This document shows, in pieces, positions 48,433 to 59,900 of a stretch of 64,000 nucleotides of DNA (position 1 is its first letter; each line of letters begins with the position of its first letter). The notes below the pieces were generated by a model. That model was not told where the DNA came from. It searched no databases and worked only from the letters and a program-made list of their open reading frames with translations. The DNA is from Sphyrna mokarran. Its lineage: Eukaryota. A program made the position numbers and the translations under genes. The stretch covers positions 111,538,001 to 111,602,000 of the forward strand of contig JAGIQG010000001.1 of NCBI GenBank assembly GCA_024679065.1, given 5' to 3'.

Positions 48433-51400
48433 CTTCAGTTTCCTCCTTTTGCTAATTGTAGCAAAAGTGAGTATGAAGTGAATAAAGGAGATAATGAACC
48501 ATAGCAGGATCAGACCTGGCAGTGGATTATTGCATTACCATCGAGTACTGATGGAAAAGTAGAGCCCGAGTCTTGGTAAGAATGTAATGATTGAGATTTG
48601 TGACCTGTATATTGAAGGCCTGAGAATCACTTTTAATCTATATTTTTAAAAAAAATGATCATGGAATGTCAGCATCCCTGGCAATTTGCTGCCCACCTCT
48701 CATTGCCTTGGAGATGTTGGTGGTGAGCTGGCATCTCAAGCCACTAAAAGCATTTGATGATTCATTATTCCTGTTGTGTTATGTCCTGGGTTTTGCGTGT
48801 GTGCTTGGTATTTGGTCAACATATGTTTCATTTTGTGCAAACTATCCCTGAACTTGCAAGGAATGTGAGATCAGTTTCCTATGTACTGACAGCCAGAATG
48901 GCAGAAAGCCTTTAAAATCTTGTTGGAAGTTTCTATCGCTTCAGTGTTGACTGATAACATACTCATGCACAAATGAACAGCTGTATCATAATACAATTTG
49001 TTTGAAATTTGCAAACAGCATGTTGCCTACCCAATTCTTTTAAAACAGCCTAGCTCCAGGATTTCTGAGGAGTTCAGAGGAATCCTCAATGGGCGGGTAG
49101 AAATCTTACTCTGCCTACAACCATTTCTGCCTTTTCCAATCCCTGCTGTTGAGTTTCAGGTTCAGTATGTTATTCCGTCCAGTTTTCCTGTTGCGTCATA
49201 AGCATTTCAGTGAAGATTGTGCACATGGTCTCTTGGCTGCTGAGTTGAAGCAGTAGCAGTCACTGTTTAACCATGACATTTCCTCACTAATCCGTGTCAG
49301 TACGGAACAGTGGACAGGCTTGGGGTTTTGTCATCCATCCTTGATTGACTTACAGTTGCCTGCAAACACTGTTAATTTTGTTTTTATTTATTCCTGGGCC
49401 TGGATTAATTGTCTCACCCCCAGTTGCTCCAAGAAGAGGTTTATTGGTCTTAAATGATTCTGTTTTTCAACTTCAAGGGCACTGGAGAGAACAGCATGGA
49501 GACAATTTTTGATGGTGCTCACCTCTTTAATGTTGGATAGGCAGACGTTAGGACTCTGGAAACTGGATTGTGGTCTCTGTGTGTGCCAGAAGGACTCCCA
49601 AACCATCAGGTCTCTTGTGAGGTATCCAGTAAACATGCCCAAGATCACCAGGTGCCAACTTAATTGGCATAAGTAAGTGTCTTGTTCTTATTTCAGGATT
49701 CAAATATCATTTTGAACAACGTTAGTATGATAGTCACAGCAAATCCAGGATCAGTTGACAGGGTGTTATTTCTAACATTATGGAAAGGCTTTCACTAGTT
49801 TGACTGCTGCCATCCTGCTACTACTGGCCGACGTACCATTTATTAAATTTTTCAGAGATGGTCAAGCTAAGTTGTCAGTGAAATTTTGACTGTCGTTTTT
49901 GTTAAACCTCTGATTGACTCTGGTTGCAGTGATTGGGGTGCCTTGCTAGCTGGAAGGAGGAGGCAATTCCAGAATGGGTCCATCTATTGTGCATGCCTGC
50001 ATGAAGCAGGAGTTGGGTGCTCTGTTCATCAGTGTCATTAACTTCATCTTCTTTTCTACGGAGACTGCAAAATGGATAGATAAAACTCAGTGTTTTGGTC
50101 TGGGTTGTAGCCTTCCCTTACCAGGAGGACATCTTCAATTGCATTCAGGCAACCCAACACAGGACACTAGAGTACTCGTGCATTAAAGGCTTCTATTTCA
50201 TGAAGATACAATCAATATGCTATTATATGCAGTTTGGCAGTTATAATACCTTCAACTATTAATTTCTGCACTCTTTCATGGAGACCATCAGGTAAGAACC
50301 TGAATACTTCTAATGAAGCTCTCAATGGGAGTCTTACCATCGCATCTTTGATCAGGTCATTGAATTTCTTTTACTTTGTTGCCAGACCTGTGATGTGAGC
50401 CTCTTGACATTCATGCACACCCTGAGTGAGGTGAGGTGGTAAGATCGAGTGGGAGGCAAAAAATCAGGTTTGCACCCCAATTTTTCACCTCCCCCAACTA
50501 TACTGGCCCTGTTTTGCTGGTGAAATTGACTTTGTGTCTATGAAGCCAAATTAAATATTAATGAAATGAACATGTCCTTAACAAGTCCCGGATGTTATTG
50601 TCTAGACTCATGTACCTTTTCCACCTCACCGGCCAAGGTTCTCCCTAGCAAGAATCACATTTTCCCCAATGAAAGAGACTAGATGTGATCGCTTCGTTTG
50701 CGGGGGTCAGGTTTGGAGGCTATTTGAAGCCTTGGGATGGTCAGCGACAGGACCAGGCAGTGCCCTTTAGTCCTTACCCATCATCCCTCATAGCCTCCAC
50801 ATACCCTACTCATGCAATGCAGCATTCATAGCCTCCATGCCAATCTACACCTCTTGAATCATCCGTGGCCCATCATATCACCATGCCCCTTTAGCCACCT
50901 CATAATCCTTTATAGCCATTCTGCTAACTATGACAACTTACGCCTTCCACGCTCACCGTTTGCACTTGCATAATTTATGCCAGTTTACTTAGTATCCACC
51001 ACTATGGGTAGATTTCAGGACACATGCTGAGATTTAAAAAAGGGTTCCAAGTATCCATTGATTACTTCAATATTAAAAAAAACTCTCACTGATAAAAAAA
51101 TCATTCTCTACATTAGAATTCCTTAAACTATCTAATTTCTTTTAAAAGTTAGCATTTGTATTCATAACCACACAACAAAGACTTTATGACCAGTTGGAGC
51201 TGTCAATCAAACTGTAAACTGACAAGCATCCTATTATGATAATGATAGGTTGCAGAGTCAGTCATACAGCACAGATCCTATAATGAAAGCCCTTGGGCCT
51301 ATGTCAACAGACTGAGATTGCAAGCACTTTATTTAAAAAAAAGACTGTTATTTTTCAACTTAAAGGTCAGGAGATTTAAATACCTGAGTTTATCCACTTT

Positions 51401-52021
51401 TCAGACCATTCATGTCCACATTTAACCACCCAAAGGGCACATAAGCCCTCTCAGAGAACTCTGGTACATTCTGTTGAAAAGTATGAAGTCCACTACTTGT
51501 ATTTTGGACCCGTCACTACGAAAATTGGATCTGTTTGAAGTCAGCAGCACTGCAGCTACCTCCATGGATGTGAAAATTATAAACTACATTACTCCCTGAA
51601 GGTGCTAGTTTCAGAGACAGTAAATTCCAGAATCAGAGCTCCAGCATAATATTGGCTAAGCAAGAGATACTCCCTGTAATTGCAAAAATTCAGGCCTGAG
51701 TGTAGAACTCTTCTACACTCTCCAGTCCAATTCCTAGTAATACCCAAGGATGTAAATAAGTGCTGAATATGACCTTGGTGTTTTGGCAAGCTTCATTTGA
51801 AAGCAAACCAAGCCTCTCTTTCCATAACATATAACATGCTGACTTTCTGCTCTGTACCAAATGATGTTCCTAGGTATGTTGTTTCCATATATTGAATATT
51901 CTTATAGGTTGACTTTTCTGTATTGTAGTGTCATTAGATAAGGGTTTTTGTATTGTCCAGTGCATGAGAAAGTTAGTTATTGATTCATCAACTTGTTGCA
52001 TTGCAGTGTTCTTTTATTATG

Positions 52022-52190
52022 TAAGAAATATAGAGAGCAGGAGCAGGCCATTCAGTCCTTCAGGTTTGCTTCCCCATTCCCTAAGACCATGGCTGATCCT
52101 CTATCTCAATGCCATGTTTTTGCTTTCTCCTCACATCCCTTGTTGCCGTTAAAATCTTTTTAAAAAAAATCTATCTTTTTCTTGAATGCA
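52022..52190 (-). mobile_element. CR1 LINE 3' end
   Basis: taagaaatatagagagcaggagcaggccattcagtcc...ccatggctgatcctctatctcaatgcca. Confidence 0.75.
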
Positions 52191-53113
52191 TTGTGAATTT
52201 TTCCTTTAAATGTAAGAGTGGCAAGATTTGGGAAAATGATTTGTCTGTTGGAAGTTCTTTCCAACTCTACATTCATTCTCTTATGCATGTTTATTTGCAT
52301 AACAATGATATTTTCCCATCTAATCTTTTCCCTGCTATATGCTATTGATATCACTCTGTCATTACAGTGATTTTTGAAAGGTTATTTTTTGCAATTGCAA
52401 TAGTCCCTAATTTTTATGCATGTTCCATGCTATAACTTTGTAGTAATATTCATGCACTATTTTTTCACTCATATACATTTATCTAATTCTCCTGTCAGGA
52501 TCTCTGATAACGCAGAGACTGGTTTGACGGTGATTATCTTTCATTGCCAATAGTTTGTGTTTTCCCTACATTCTGAGAAGGCAGTCCTCCCTCTTTGTAA
52601 CACATTGCTCATCCTGCTCCATAGTGTTCATTAGCACTGCAATATAGGAAGTGCTGAATTATATATTATTAGAGGACGTAATGGTGTTTAGTTTCATTTG
52701 TAAGTGGAGCAGATCTTTAAGTACAATTATGAACAACAGTTGGATGAATATGGTCCCTCTGGGGTCTCTTGAGTTTGAAATATTCATTCTGATCTGGTGG
52801 GGCCTACTTCAAGAAGGAAGGAGGTTCCAGGAAATGTATTTAAATTATGAGATAAATGGAAAAGAAAATCAAGAGGGTGTACAACAAATGGACAATCTCT
52901 GCCAAAGTTGGATGTTTTGCCAGATGCTAGCATTACTGGTCTATGTGAGGCACGATTATTCAATAATATGTGAAGTTGGTGAGTAAACAAGTATTCTGAG
53001 GGATGAATTGCCTCCTGATTTCCATATCCATCTCTAGAACAGATGTATTGAGGATGCCAAAGATCATGGTGGCTGGAGTTACTGTGGGATGAAGAACTGC
53101 TTTCATGCAATAT

Positions 53114-53404
53114 GGGGCAACACAATAGCATAGTGTTTAGCACTGCTACTTCACAGCGCCAGCGACCCGAATTCGATTCCCAGATTCTGTCACTGTCTGT
53201 GTGGAGTCGTCATGTTTTCACTGTATCTGTGTGGGTTTCTTCCGAGTGCTCCGGTTTTCTCCCAGTCTGAAAGACATGCTGATTAGGTGCGTTGAAGCGA
53301 ACAGGTGCCAGACTATGGCGACTAGGGGAATTTCACAGTAACTTCATTGCAGTGCTAATGTAAGCCTTACTTGTGACTAATAAATAAACTTTAACTTAAC
53401 TTTA
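53114..53404 (+). mobile_element. V-SINE variant: HE1-like head with a different 3' tail
   Basis: HE1 head and V-domain, then ctaggggaatttcacagtaacttcattgcagtgctaatgtaagccttacttgtgactaataaataaacttt(aactt)n. Confidence 0.85.
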
Positions 53405-54299
53405 AGACGTATGACCTCATGTGGTCCTCGCAGCCCTTCTCATGTAATATATCTCAGAATTTTGCTGGCTTCTGTATGTAGGATCATGTTCTGTATCTGG
53501 CATCTCTTTACCAGATATTCACTGGAAAAGTTTTCTGTGCATGTTGTGTAGCAAAATCATGAACACATTTATAATGAATACAGCTACAACATTTACCTTA
53601 TTTTATTTTCAGCTATGATGTTTTGGTCTGTATCTTAAAGGTCAGTCCTTAGCCTTGAAACTTGGGCCTTCGTTTAATTCTATCTATATGAAAAGATTAC
53701 TATCATGGGGAGGAATAATTACCAGTGTTAGTTGATGAGTTATTTGTGTGGTAATTGATAAGATAAATAGGCCCGTTAATTCTTGGCAATTAAGGATCGT
53801 TACGTTGTTGATTTCTGTACTTTGTTAGCCGAGCTCATATGGGACTTAAACCGCACTACACAATTATTTCAAAATCGATAGTAACTTGCCTACTTGATAA
53901 ATATTGTAATAGGACATGCTATGCATCACACCTATGAAATTCAGAGTAGGGTCTAAATAATGTTGATCAACCTTTGCTGGGCATTACCCTTTGTTTAGTT
54001 CAATATTAGATCTGTCTGCCCCGAAGGAATGTTGTAAGTTCCCATTTGTTTCCCTTCTGCATGTCCTGAGATGCAGACACCCATGATACCTATGTCAGGT
54101 CCAGGAGATGCAGGTGTCCCTGTTCTCTTTCCAGTTCTGTTCTGCTTTTTTTCATTGTGTCTTGTTCTGCAAGAGAGAGGCAGAATTCCAATTATTCTGC
54201 AACATTGTGGTCAGTTGATATGCCTGCCACAGTTGAATAGCTGGAGTTATGTGGAGGCCATGAGAGATGAATGAGAGGTTGGAGCATTGGTAGGTATGG

Positions 54300-55140
54300 A
54301 AGGATGAAGTGGAATACTTGCTGCTGGGTATGAGTCCTGTCAGAGAATGCCGATGTGTGAGTGATGGCAGTGTGGTGCATTGCCCAGTGTGATGTTACAG
54401 TGGGTGGGACATGTCATGAGTTGATGCATTCACTTTAACTACTTCATGAGGTCATTGGTCCTTTTTTGGCACTGTGGCCAAGTCTTCAGGTCCAGACTCT
54501 GGGAGTTGCCCCTGGATCATCTCCCTTCCCTCCCCCATGCAAAAACATGGCCTCACTATCTCTACCACTAATGCCTACAGTGCCACAGCCATCAATCTGG
54601 AGTCCTCGAACAGCCCTATGTTCACTTTGCAATTGAAATAACTCCTCAGAGACCAGCAACCCTTCACCAGATTCCCTTTATTTACAAATCCAATTCTGCT
54701 CCTTAGAGTGCTTCAAGTACCGTCAGAATCCAAAGTGACAGTAGCCTTGATGTTCATCTATATACACGTATATGAAACTCCCTGGTTGGGCAGGCAATTA
54801 TTACCTCAATCAGGGCACTCATACTCCAAGAGCCAACCTCAATGGCCTCGTTAGGTCATTATAGCAATATTTTTGTGCAGCTTCCCTTTAAGATCCAGTC
54901 TCCCTTTAAGAAGGGCAGGCTTACTGGACCACATGATCAGCAAACAACTGCCAGGAGCTTTGCAATGCACAAAAGCTGCAAGCAGCACGGAGAGCAGAGA
55001 CGGAGCATGGAGAGCAGTAACAGAGCTGCTCAGCCCGACACTGCTATCAGTAAAATGAGGTGGGGAGATGAAAACTGAGTTGCATCCACCTTAATTTCAA
55101 TGGGTACAAGCAAGTTTTAAATCATGACCCACCCACACAG
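54300..55140 (-). mobile_element. PIF/Harbinger remnant with Myb/SANT-like ORF trace
   Basis: Minus-strand peptide NSQSLDLKTWPQCQKRTNDLMK resembles the Harbinger motif RT..QCRKK.NDL. Confidence 0.55.
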
Positions 55141-55232
55141 GAAGCAAGGGAGACCAAGTTCCGGCCTGTAAACCTCTGAATAAACCAAAAACTACTTTGT
55201 TAAATAATGCATTTTGTAGATGAAAAAAATGA

Positions 55233-55527
55233 GAATCGTGAAATTCTTTGGTGCAGAAAGAGGCTATTCAGCCCAGCAAATCTGCACCAATCACAGTCTC
55301 ACTTGGGACCTATCCCCATAACCCCATGCATTTACTCTAGCTAGTCCCCCTGACACTAATTTAGCATGGCCAAGGTACCTAACCCGCACATCTTTTGGAC
55401 TGTGGGAGAAAACCAGAACACCCAGAGGAAACCCACACAGACACAGGGAGAAGGTGCAAACTCTGCACAGGCAGTGACCCCAGCTGGGAATTGAACCTAG
55501 GTCCCTGGTGCTATGAGGCTGCCGTAC
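55233..55527 (-). mobile_element. HE1-type V-SINE
   Basis: gtgcagaaagaggctattcagccc...ggactgtgggagaaaaccagaacacccagaggaaacccacacagac...gtccctggtgctatgagg. Confidence 0.88.
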
Positions 55528-55646
55528 CAGACATGGATAGACACTTCCTTACGTTTTTTTTTTGAATCCAGTCTTGATATTCAACCGTTCTAATTGGCTG
55601 CACTATGTCAGATTCAGAGGCATTTTCCTTCTGCCTATTCCAACAG

Positions 55647-55940
55647 TTAAAGTTTATTAATGTCACCAATAGGCTCACATTAACATTGCAATGAGGTTAC
55701 TATGGAAATCCCCTAATCACCACACTCTAGTACCTATTCAAGTATACTGATGGAGAATTTTCATGGCCAACGCACTTAACCAGCGTATCTTTTAGACTGT
55801 GGTTGGAATCTGGAGCACCCAGAGGAAATCCATGCAGGCACAAGGAGACTGTGCCAACTCCATATAGACAGTGCCCTAAGCCGTGAATCGAACCCGGGCC
55901 CCTGGCTCTGAGAGGCAGCAGTGCTAACCGCTGTCCCACC
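55647..55940 (-). mobile_element. V-SINE variant (same tail as 53114)
   Basis: ttaaagtttattaatgtcaccaataggctcacattaacattgcaatgaggttac...gaggcagcagtgctaacc. Isolated tails of this type also lie at 19818-19885 and 34232-34322. Confidence 0.85.
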
Positions 55941-56084
55941 TTGTCAACTACCAAAATGTGAAAAGATCACCTCTTTCTTCTTTACTATATATTCTCATGA
56001 TCTACTTGCTGGTGTCTCCTGTATTCTTTTTAATTGATACTTTAAACCTGGTTAATGCACCCCACAGTCTTAACATTGTGAATG

Positions 56085-56390
56085 CATGTCATGAGTTGGT
56101 GCATTCATTTAAACTACTTCATGAGGTCATTGGACCTCTTTTAGCACTGTGTCAAGTCTTTAGTTCCAGACTCTGGGAATTGTCCCCATGGTCATCTCCC
56201 TTCCCTCCTCTATGCAAAAACATGGTCTCACTACCTCTACCACTAATGCCTACAGTGCCTCTAGAGTCCTCGAACTGCCCTGATGTTTACAATTGAAATA
56301 ATTCCTCAGAGACCAGCATCCCTTCACCAGATTCCCTTTATTTACAAACCCAATTCTGCTCTTTAGATTGCTTCAAGTACCGTCAGGATC
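56085..56390 (+). repeat. Local direct duplicate of 54410-54730
   Basis: Colinear, highly similar copy from catgtcatgagttg to cttcaagtaccgtcag, with small indels. Confidence 0.9.
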
Positions 56391-56896
56391 TAACCATTAG
56401 GGAATCCAGTTTAGTCTGGGTCTGAAGGTCGATCTCTGAGGTGAAAGGCTTTGCTCCTCAGCCTTCAAAAAGACATCTTCAGTACTAACACATATCTGTT
56501 ACTTTCCTGCCATTGTGGTTACCTGTATGGCACGGAGGCACAGAATGGAATGTCAACTGTAGCATTCAGCAAAAGTGACAGGTACAATACAGGACATGAT
56601 GGTATTATTTTTAACTTCAGGAAGCTCCATGTTAAGTAATGGCAACTTAGTCAAACCTAATAACAAGTAACATTAGCTAATGGGAGTTCAATCCAAACTG
56701 AAACATTGTAAAGGATACTGCTTGCTATGGCTTAATTGTTTATTGCAACCATAGATAAAGAATAAAAGAATACCAGGAAATTAGCACATTCGAATGTTGA
56801 TAAGCATTTCCATTGTATGTTAATAGCAGTTAAATTATGTATTTACTTCAAATTTCCTCTTTAGATAATGGCCATTATTTTTCTGTTGCTTTACAG

Positions 56897-56935
56897 GGCC
56901 GCTGTATAAACTTCAGCCGAGTACAGGCACAATAG
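56897..56935 (+). CDS. ANTXR2: Terminal coding exon of anthrax toxin receptor 2 / CMG2 (GRCINFSRVQAQ*)
   Basis: Pyrimidine-rich acceptor 'ttttctgttgctttacag|' is followed in phase 0 by GGC CGC TGT ATA AAC TTC AGC CGA GTA CAG GCA CAA TAG. The peptide matches the human ANTXR2 short-tail C-terminus GRCINFSRVPSQ* in sequence and length; ANTXR1 has GRCINFTRV followed by a long Pro-rich tail. I did not find the upstream exons in the window. Confidence 0.88.
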   Translation, partial: GRCINFSRVQAQ

Positions 56936-59900
56936 AAATGATGAAGCTAGAACTGCTTTATTTTCTGTACTACCTGCTGAAGAATGGTGAAGAATTCTGT
57001 ACTTCCAGTGGACACCAATAATCTTCTACAAAAAAAGGGGGAACAAATGCCTTCGTCATATTGCATTTTGAAAACTCGCCACAAAACTGCAGCAAGAACA
57101 ATGCAGATTACCCTTCAATCCATCAAGGACTGTACAGCGATAACTTGACAGAGGAGTTGCTTTTCTCCCAACCATCGGCCCAGGGTAATGGCACAACAGC
57201 AATGGGATAAAGCAAACATTTAACCACCCCTCCTTCCCTCCCAAAAAGAAATCCCATCGATTCCTCGGCACTTGAAGTCACTTTGAACTTTCTTTCCAGT
57301 CTGAATGTAGCCTGACTGTTATATCCTGTTTTGGGTAATCACATTTTATAGACAGAGTGTATTGTCAAAATAGAACCTATTAGCCACAGGCGGAGCAGCA
57401 ATCCCACCAGGCCTACCCGGTGCATAAGTTCATTGCCTTTCGGCGATGTCACATCGCAAGATCTTTCCAACTTCACCACTTTACAATGCCTTACGGGAGT
57501 CGTCTGACTGAAAATCTTGTCATTTTTCACTGAAAAGTGCACACGCATGACAAAATGTAGACAGGATGCCCCAAGGTATGGGAATCAGCTAGACTTTGCC
57601 CTTTAGTTTTTGAAGACACCTTTCTTTCATTATGTGCCGGGAAAGGAAATTAATAGAGCGTTATCTTATAGCAGTACAGCCTATAACCAAACATCTTCTG
57701 CAGAAATTGAGACATTGGTGCTCTGAGGCCTGACATAGTAGCTGGTGCTTTGCCATCGCTGTAATCCTGTGTTCAGTTGCTCGTAACATGTCACCCTATT
57801 AAAGCACATTCATTGATCTGCGTATTTCTATTAAACAAATAAATAAGATAAAATAGAATGGCGCTGTTACAACCCAAGGTTGTATAGGCTGGTATTCCCC
57901 CCCATTCTTCAAATCTCCAAGGACTTTACTGTGTCACAAGCCAGCAACNNNNNNNNNNNNNNNNNNNNNNNNNNNNNNNNNNNNNNNNNNNNNNNNNNNN
58001 NNNNNNNNNNNNNNNNNNNNNNNNNNNNNNNNNNNNNNNNNNNNNNNNNNNNNNNNNNNNNNNNNNNNNNNNNNNNNNNNTGAATTTTTGTAATATATTT
58101 GCACTGGTTGCGTTCGAAAGCAAAATAATAAGGTACCCATGTTTGTAACCAAACAATGAAGTTATATTATGCTGCTGCAGCCCCTTTTCCAAACATTGAG
58201 GGAAAATATATTTAATGATTTTTTTTCCCCCAACCGCCTTGTCAAGACGACAATCCCAAATGATGTCAGTATGAGCAGAAACACTGTGGGGGAGAAGAAA
58301 GCAGCAGCTGAGAAAAAGCTCGAATGATGCAGTCACTTTCGATACTGTACATGAAATGCAAAATGGATATTCGAGTCGAAACCTGACAAAGCGCGCCTGC
58401 TTTGATGTGAACTGGTATAGACAATGACCAGTGGCTGGGTCAGTGGGATGTCTCTCTGCGAGCAGGGAAGCTTATCAAATGACACTAAAAATAAGTTCAA
58501 CAACCATCACATTTGAGAGAACAGGCGCACATTTCACATTTGGTGGGCAAGCAAGTGCACGAGATGGGGAGAGCGATAGTGAAAAGTCCTGGTCTAATTA
58601 TGCTTTTGAGCTGTTCATCAAAATCACATGGGACATGAATATTTCCCTTGGTTTACATGCAAAATTTATGATGTTGCCAAAAGAAGCTCTGTGTATAACC
58701 ACTTGCTTAATCTTTTGCTCATTATTATTTAAGGTAATGGCAAAATTGTAAGTACTACCTATCAGTATGTTGCAAAATAAATTTTTCTAGAATTTTTGAA
58801 TCTGCTTGATTTTTGTGAGATGATTTACACAAAATTGGGGAGCTTCAGAATCAATAGAATTGGATTCTGTAGCTATGTTTTAAATTAAAGGATCACACTG
58901 TTTTCCAAAGTCCCCCCTTTCACTTAAGGACCGTCTCCATCCAGCCAAAGCTTTGTGCACGCTTGAGATTACACCATTTTAGAACAAACTGGACTAGTTT
59001 AATGTTGTGCAGATTTGTGTTATTATAAAAAAATTGGCTTGATCATTTGCTTAACAAATACAAGTGTTAATTTCCTTAACTTGTGCGTAAGGAGAATTAA
59101 AACCAAACTGTCTCCAATAAAGCCTTTGTGCTTGCTGGAGTACACTGTAGTGCATGGTGCACACTCAGAATTTGGAGTTCTTCAAAGTCAATACAGGCAA
59201 TCTAAATGCTTTATTATAAATCTTCTATAACAGGTTAGTATAACATACATTCAAAAGTGTTCAAAATACTATTGTATACATTCACATATGGAATGGTAGC
59301 ACAAAATGTCAAAAAAGGACACAGTTAAAACTAAGTAAAACAGATTTATTATTCATTTCTTTATATGAAACTACACAAGCTGCTTTATTGACTGCCAACC
59401 ATGCCTTGAAGATCTTGACTGATGATTTATTTCTTTGAAATGATGTACAACAACAACAATAATGAATTTCAAAGAATCCTCTCTAATATTTTAAGCAGCA
59501 TAATTCCAATCATAGAAAACTCACTGGACTGTATGGCTGTACAAGTCATACACAAAAATGTCTTACAATGCTGAAGAACAACTGAAAAATATAGAAGAAA
59601 AACTGCACACATTCAAGGCTTTTATATATTTGCCATGTATCTACAAATTACCAAGCACTTATTTACCCAAATTTCACCAAGGTTAATTTGGAGTGCATTT
59701 TTAAAGAACAAATTGAGTTGATATAAAGTTATAATTATGCAAAGGTTCAGTGTCTAAATTTCTTTGTTTAGGTGAATGCTTAGTTCCAATCCCCTCTAAT
59801 ATCAACATAAATCACAAGACAACAAAAATGAATGAAATTATACCTGTGCATGGAGATTTTGACTGTGACTTTATTTGCAGATATAAATAAATTTGCAACT

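Larger units (their letters stand above)
1..56896 (+). other. ANTXR2: Probable last intron of ANTXR2 (>=56.9 kb)
   Basis: No penultimate-exon peptide ([20 protein letters not shown]-like) was seen upstream of the terminal exon. The region is TE-rich and non-coding. Confidence 0.7.

Noticed and set aside
56933-56941. Possible stop-codon readthrough of the ANTXR2 tail
   Set aside because: TAG is followed by AAA TGA, so readthrough would add only two residues.
57880-58336. ORFs spanning X residues
   Set aside because: Artefacts of the N gap.
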